Source: Archaeoglobus fulgidus DSM 4304
Lineage (GTDB): Archaea > Halobacteriota > Archaeoglobi > Archaeoglobales > Archaeoglobaceae
Assembly: GCF_000008665.1 (NCBI RefSeq)
Contig: NC_000917.1
Location: forward strand, 690,001 to 722,000
DNA length: 32,000 bases
Direction: 5' to 3'
In this document: in pieces, positions 27,638-32,000 of the stretch
Position numbering within the stretch: the stretch's first letter is position 1
Layout: the number at the start of each line of letters is the position of its first letter
The notes under the pieces: generated by a model
The model's input: only the letters and a program-made list of their open reading frames with translations
Told to the model about the DNA's origin: nothing
Databases searched by the model: none
Translations under genes and position numbers: made by a program

Positions 27638-28573
27638 TTAAAGCACAACAGCTTCTTTACTTATTTCTTTCACACTTTTCGCTCCCGTGAGCTTCATAAT
27701 CCTCAAAAGCTCATCCCTGATCATGTTTAAAGCAGTCTGAACTCCGTTTTCAATTGCAAGCGCGTAAACCATGAGTCTGCCAAAAAGGACGAAATCGGCT
27801 CCCAGAGCTAAGGCCTTGAACACATCCGAGCCGTACCTGAAGCCGCTGTCAACACCGGTTGGAACCACTTTCTCTAAGTATGGCAGAAGTTCGAGCGGAG
27901 AAATAGCCGAATCGAGCACCCTCCCGCCGTGATTCGAGACGACAATGGCAGAGCTAATGTCGGCGAGTGAGTAGTAATCCCTCTCACTGAGAACCCCCTT
28001 GACGATGAATGGCAACTTCGTCGTGGAGGCGAGGTCAGCAAGCTCCTTCTTGCTCCACACCTTAGTTCCCCCGTAGCTCAGAATTGTCCCCCCAACCTTT
28101 ATTCCCGCTGCAGAGTCAATGTCCATGCCAATTGCCATGGCCTTTGACGATTCTGCCTTCTCAACATCATCGTACACTCTCTTGGTGTTTCTGAGAGGCT
28201 TGATAATCCAGACGAACTCCTTCTCGAATTCCGAAACATCATCCTGAATAGGATGGCCTATCCACGGAACAACCCCCGCCTCCCACGCTTCGCGGATTAT
28301 TCTCTTAAAACAGTTGGCATCCACAGATTTTACCAGCCCTGAAAGCGGGGCCGGCATAACAGGCATGGAAATCTTCCTTCCGAGAAATTCCGTTTCCAAA
28401 GAAGGTTCGAAGTCTGATAGGAGGTTCATTTTTATTCCGATGGAGTCTAAAATCTCTCTGTTTCTCCTTACCGTCAACCCCCTCTCCGTACCCCCCTCTA
28501 AAACCTCTATGTTCACATCCCTTTCCTGAAGTATCTGTCTGGCGCTTTCAACAAGCTCGTCTATCGTTTTCAT
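27638..28573 (-). CDS. FMN-dependent alpha-hydroxyacid dehydrogenase/oxidase family
   Basis: MPVMPAPLSGL, LPFIVKGVLSERDY, IVVSNHGGRVLD, VDSGFRYGSDVFKALALGADFVLFGR; start at MKTIDEL (28573). Confidence 0.88.
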   Translation of the reverse strand: MKTIDELVESARQILQERDVNIEVLEGGTERGLTVRRNREILDSIGIKMNLLSDFEPSLETEFLGRKISMPVMPAPLSGLVKSVDANCFKRIIREAWEAGVVPWIGHPIQDDVSEFEKEFVWIIKPLRNTKRVYDDVEKAESSKAMAIGMDIDSAAGIKVGGTILSYGGTKVWSKKELADLASTTKLPFIVKGVLSERDYYSLADISSAIVVSNHGGRVLDSAISPLELLPYLEKVVPTGVDSGFRYGSDVFKALALGADFVLFGRLMVYALAIENGVQTALNMIRDELLRIMKLTGAKSVKEISKEAVVL

Positions 28574-28609
28574 GTTACCAGCACGCTCTAAAAAAATATA
28601 AAAGATATG

Positions 28610-28634
28610 GTAAACATATGAACCCCAAAACCAA
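28610..28634. promoter_or_regulatory. Candidate operator upstream of dld (copy B)
   Basis: GTAAACATATGAACCCCAAAACCAA; ACATRTGAACCCCAAA shared with copy A; overlaps the expected transcription start region of dld. Confidence 0.5.
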
Positions 28635-28660
28635 ATTGTTTCAATGATCTTTGTAATGTA

Positions 28661-30046
28661 ATGAAGATAACAAAAGAGCTTGAGAAAATCCTTGGTAAGG
28701 GGAACGTCAGCACCGACCCTCTTGTTGTAACGCTCCACTCGACTGATGCTATTGGAAAAGCCGGTAACGCAACTGCGGTAGTTTTTCCGGAAAATACGGA
28801 GCAGGTTGCGAGGATTGCAAAACTCTGCTACGAGAACAACATTAAAATCTACCCTCAGGGAAGCTCAACGGAGTTAAGCGGGTCTTCGGTTCCTGAAGAC
28901 GGGATAGTCATAAACTTCTCAAAAATGAATAAAATCGAGGAGATAAACGTTGTGGATGGCTATGCAGTGGCTCAACCGGGAGTGAGAATTGCGGAGCTGG
29001 AGGAAAGGTTGAACGAACACAGCTACACGTTCCCCGTCGATCCGGGTTCGGTGAGGTCAGCAACAGTTGGCGGAGCGATAAACACCGGAGCGGGAGGGAT
29101 GAGGGGAGCAAAGTATGGAACCATGGTTGACTGGGTTCTGGGACTGGAAGTTGTCACAGCAGATGGAGAAGTTCTCAACATAGGTTCAAGAACGCTCAAG
29201 TGCAGGCAGGGGTACAACCTGACTAAGCTGATTGTGGGAAGCGAGGGGACTCTCGCAATAGTTACAAAGGCAATTCTGAAAATCGCCCCGCTACCGGAAA
29301 ATATAGTCTATGCAGGGGCTTTCTTCGACAGCCCGGAAAAGGCGATGCAGGCCGTTGTGGAAATCAAGCACATGTGGCCGGCAATAATGGAGTTCCTCGA
29401 CAGCGACCTCGTGAAAGCTGGTCGGGAGATTTCTGGAATTGACGAGGAAGGAAACATGCTTGTTGTTGGAATTGAGTGCAATCACGAGGCGAGTGAGAGA
29501 ATCGCAAGCGCTCTGGAAAGCATACTGTCACAGACAGCGAGAAGAGTGATAATAGCAAGAAATCAGAGAGAGCTAGAGGAGAAAAACCTGCTGGCTCTGA
29601 GGAGAGCGTTCTACCCTCTGGCAATCAAATTGGCTTCCAAGGAGTTTGGAACCAAAAAGTCGCTCGTTTTGATTGAGGATATATCCGTTCCGGTCTCAAA
29701 GCTGCCAGAGGCAATCAGAGGGATAAAGGAAATTGCCCGGAAATACGACTTTACAGTTTTCATAGCCGGCCACGTCGGTGACGGAAACCTCCATCCAACG
29801 ATATGGACGTCTCCGGAGGACGAGGAGCTGATGAGCAGGTCACATAAGTTCTACACGGAAGTTATGGAGCTCGCTCTAAGGCTTGGTGGTACGATAAGCG
29901 CTGAGCACGGAATTGGCGTGGTTAAAAAAGAGGGGCTTGAAATGGAAATGAAGTACAAAAAGAGCGAGAAAGCTCTGGAAATAATGAGGGAAATCAAGAA
30001 GCTCTTTGACCCTAAGAACATCCTCAATCCTGGAAAGGTGGTATAG
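28661..30046 (+). CDS. dld: D-lactate dehydrogenase (FAD-linked oxidase, GlcD/Dld type)
   Basis: 461 aa; PQGSSTELSGSSVPEDG, GGAINTGAGGMRGAKYGTM, GSEGTLAIVTKA, GHVGDGNLHPTIW, GTISAEHGIGVVK. Confidence 0.96.
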   Translation: MKITKELEKILGKGNVSTDPLVVTLHSTDAIGKAGNATAVVFPENTEQVARIAKLCYENNIKIYPQGSSTELSGSSVPEDGIVINFSKMNKIEEINVVDGYAVAQPGVRIAELEERLNEHSYTFPVDPGSVRSATVGGAINTGAGGMRGAKYGTMVDWVLGLEVVTADGEVLNIGSRTLKCRQGYNLTKLIVGSEGTLAIVTKAILKIAPLPENIVYAGAFFDSPEKAMQAVVEIKHMWPAIMEFLDSDLVKAGREISGIDEEGNMLVVGIECNHEASERIASALESILSQTARRVIIARNQRELEEKNLLALRRAFYPLAIKLASKEFGTKKSLVLIEDISVPVSKLPEAIRGIKEIARKYDFTVFIAGHVGDGNLHPTIWTSPEDEELMSRSHKFYTEVMELALRLGGTISAEHGIGVVKKEGLEMEMKYKKSEKALEIMREIKKLFDPKNILNPGKVV

Positions 30047-30333
30047 TGGAGGTCAAAGAGATTCTTGAGGAGATTTCACGGTGCTCCTTTTGCGGATTTT
30101 GCGAGATGTCCTGCCCCACAAGATTTCTCATTAAAAGAAACTACACGCCGAGAGGGAGAGTTAACACAATTTCCCTTTACCTGAAAGGTCTTGCAACAGA
30201 GGAAAGTGTGAACGGTCTTTTTTCCTGTTTGGGATGCGGAGCTTGTGCTGCATTCTGCCCTGCAGGGATAAACATTCCCGAGGTTATTAGGTCATTCAGA
30301 AAGTATATGTTGAAGCTGTCAGAGGTGAAGTGA
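30046..30333 (+). CDS. Two-[4Fe-4S] ferredoxin-like subunit (GlcF/HdrC-like)
   Basis: CSFCGFCEMSCP and CLGCGACAAFCP; TAGTG overlap with dld. Confidence 0.9.
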   Translation: MEVKEILEEISRCSFCGFCEMSCPTRFLIKRNYTPRGRVNTISLYLKGLATEESVNGLFSCLGCGACAAFCPAGINIPEVIRSFRKYMLKLSEVK

Positions 30334-31236
30334 ATGATCAAGCCTGAGTATGTAGTTAAGTTACTTTCGGAAAACATGAAGAAGACAAGAAACCCCCTCG
30401 GAATAAAAAACGAGAAAACCAACAATTGGTGGAAGAAGGTTGAAATCAGCAAGGAAGGGGATTGGCTATTCTTCACCGGGATGCTCTACCAGCTAACGCC
30501 CTATATCGAGGCCACTGTAAAATTCTTAGAGAAGATCGAAAACTCCAGACTTCAGGGACTGCTCACACTCTCCAAAGCATTTCCCGTCCCATTCTCACTG
30601 CTGAAGGCGATTACCCCAAGAGAGGCCAGGGAAGAGGCTGAAACGATTCTGCAAAAAGTTTACTTTTTACTTGCAAAATCGGTTGACGTCTTCTACGCCC
30701 CGCATCTCGACTTTTACAGCGGTATTCTGCTCTACGATTTCGGGCATGACGAAGCTTTTGCAGAACACGCGAAGTTTGTTTGCAAAAGGCTTGAATCCGC
30801 AGGAATTGAAAAGATCGTTACCCCTGACCCCCACACAACCTACGCGCTGAAAGTTCTCTATCCGAAGTTTACGGGAGTGGAGTTTGATGTTAAAAGCTAC
30901 ATTGAGCTGCTGAGCGATGCAAAAAGCCTGTTTAATGAGGAGTTCGTAATTCACGACCCGTGCTACTACGGCCGCTATCTCGAGCTATCGGACAGAGTGA
31001 GAGAAGTTCTCAACTGCGCTGGAGTCAAATACAGAGGCGTCAGGTATTCCGGAAGGCTGACAAACTGCTGCGGAGGTCCTGTGGAGGCTTTATCTCCGAA
31101 AATATCAAGAGAAATAGCGAGGTTAAGGGTGGAGGAGCTTGGAAATTCGCGAATAATAACATTCTGCCCCATCTGCCTTGCAAATCTGAGGAGAGCGGGT
31201 GGTAACGCCGTTGACTTCTCGATGGTGGTGGGATGA
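30334..31236 (+). CDS. CCG-domain (cysteine-rich, HdrB/GlcF-like) protein with degenerate first repeat
   Basis: Second repeat intact: HDPCYYGR, NCCGGPVE, FCPICLANL; first repeat lacks the cysteines. Confidence 0.85.
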   Translation: MIKPEYVVKLLSENMKKTRNPLGIKNEKTNNWWKKVEISKEGDWLFFTGMLYQLTPYIEATVKFLEKIENSRLQGLLTLSKAFPVPFSLLKAITPREAREEAETILQKVYFLLAKSVDVFYAPHLDFYSGILLYDFGHDEAFAEHAKFVCKRLESAGIEKIVTPDPHTTYALKVLYPKFTGVEFDVKSYIELLSDAKSLFNEEFVIHDPCYYGRYLELSDRVREVLNCAGVKYRGVRYSGRLTNCCGGPVEALSPKISREIARLRVEELGNSRIITFCPICLANLRRAGGNAVDFSMVVG

Positions 31237-31604
31237 AGATTGTAGAAGCTCTGAAGGCGAACGGAGTGGAGGTTATTATTACCGAGAAAGCTGATGTTCT
31301 GATAAAGAATTTTGAGAATGCTCACATAAGCTATGCGTTGAGTGCGGATGAAAAGACAGGAGTCATCTTTTTTGGAGGCTTCGAGGAAAAGATGAAGGCC
31401 GGACTTGCCGAGCACCATGTTGCGATTCTGAAGGAGGAGGACGTGAAAGAAAACATACTGCTGGCCTACGAACACGCTCGAAGAAAATCCGACGTTCTTT
31501 TTGCCTCAAGCAGTGCCTCAAAGACTGCGGACATTGAAGGAAAGACCGTCTTCGGCATGCACGGGCCGAGAAAGTTCACGGTAGTGCTGGTGGTGAGAAA
31601 GTGA
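31233..31604 (+). CDS. Short LUD-domain (LutC/YkgG-like) protein
   Basis: 123 aa; ALSADEKTGVIFFGG, GKTVFGMHGPRKFTVVLVV; ATGA overlap with preceding gene. Confidence 0.78.
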   Translation: MKIVEALKANGVEVIITEKADVLIKNFENAHISYALSADEKTGVIFFGGFEEKMKAGLAEHHVAILKEEDVKENILLAYEHARRKSDVLFASSSASKTADIEGKTVFGMHGPRKFTVVLVVRK

Positions 31605-32000
31605 ACATCTACGATGCTTTGCGGAGAAAATCCATAAAGGAGGGAATACTCAGGTCTCTAAGAAATCTGAGTGAGAACGTCAGAAGAAACGTCGAAAACC
31701 ACCCCTACCTTATCGACTTTGCCGAAGATGTGAAAAGCGCAAAACTGAAAGTTGCCGAGAACTACGATTTCTGGATCGATAAGGCCAAAGATGTGCTTGA
31801 GTCACGCGGAGTTAACGTTTACTATGCAGAGAGTGCTGAAGAAGCAAGGAAAATAGCGGGCAAAGTTGTTGGTGAGGGAAAGCTCGTCGTCAAGGCGAAG
31901 TCGATGGTTTCGGAGGAAATTCACCTGAGAGAGTGGCTGGAGAAGATCGGAAACGAGGTCTGGGAGACCGACTTAGGAGAGCTGATAGTTCAGGTTGCAG
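31601..32000 (+). CDS. LutB/LldF-like lactate utilisation protein, N-terminal part (runs off window)
   Basis: Not in the ORF track; GTG at 31601: VNIYDALRRKSIKEGILRSLRNLSENVRRN...VYYAESAEEARKIAGKVVGEGKLVVKAKSMVSEEIHLREWLEKIGNEVWETDLGELIVQVA; GTGA overlap with previous stop. Confidence 0.88.
   Translation, partial: MNIYDALRRKSIKEGILRSLRNLSENVRRNVENHPYLIDFAEDVKSAKLKVAENYDFWIDKAKDVLESRGVNVYYAESAEEARKIAGKVVGEGKLVVKAKSMVSEEIHLREWLEKIGNEVWETDLGELIVQVA

Noticed and set aside
30975-31475. 166-aa minus-strand ORF and 30960..31205 (+)
   Set aside because: Shadow ORFs over the CCG and LUD genes, which have intact diagnostic motifs.
1-32000. CRISPR arrays, transposases or rRNA genes
   Set aside because: Scanned for regularly spaced repeats, transposase motifs and rRNA-like sequence; none found.

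Overview
This 32 kb window is archaeal chromosome. From recall, not a database search, the proteins and gene order look like Archaeoglobus fulgidus. Most of it is densely packed core genes: tyrS, eIF1A, DUF1152, an RPA operon, Sua5/TsaC, sepF-zpr1, tatA, DUF389-corA, PiT permease, an AbrB/PhoU regulator, cofG-cofH, lysA, rps15, tRNA-Ser(UGA) and tRNA-His(GUG). The parts most worth a second look are: (1) a translationally coupled KaiC-like ATPase / Roadblock / FIST-like cluster whose last gene is frame-split and crosses a sharp composition boundary; (2) a second KaiC-domain protein paired with a small HTH-like protein; (3) a lactate-utilisation locus (Bat-type regulator, lctP, hydroxyacid oxidase, dld, FeS, CCG, LUD, lutB-like) whose two promoter regions share a ~21-bp element, one copy containing a perfect 14-bp palindrome; (4) a decayed DUF4258-like gene, reconstructable with three single-base deletions, next to an intact DUF2283 gene; (5) a candidate CTG start for eIF1A overlapping the tyrS stop. 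No CRISPR array, rRNA or insertion sequence was seen.
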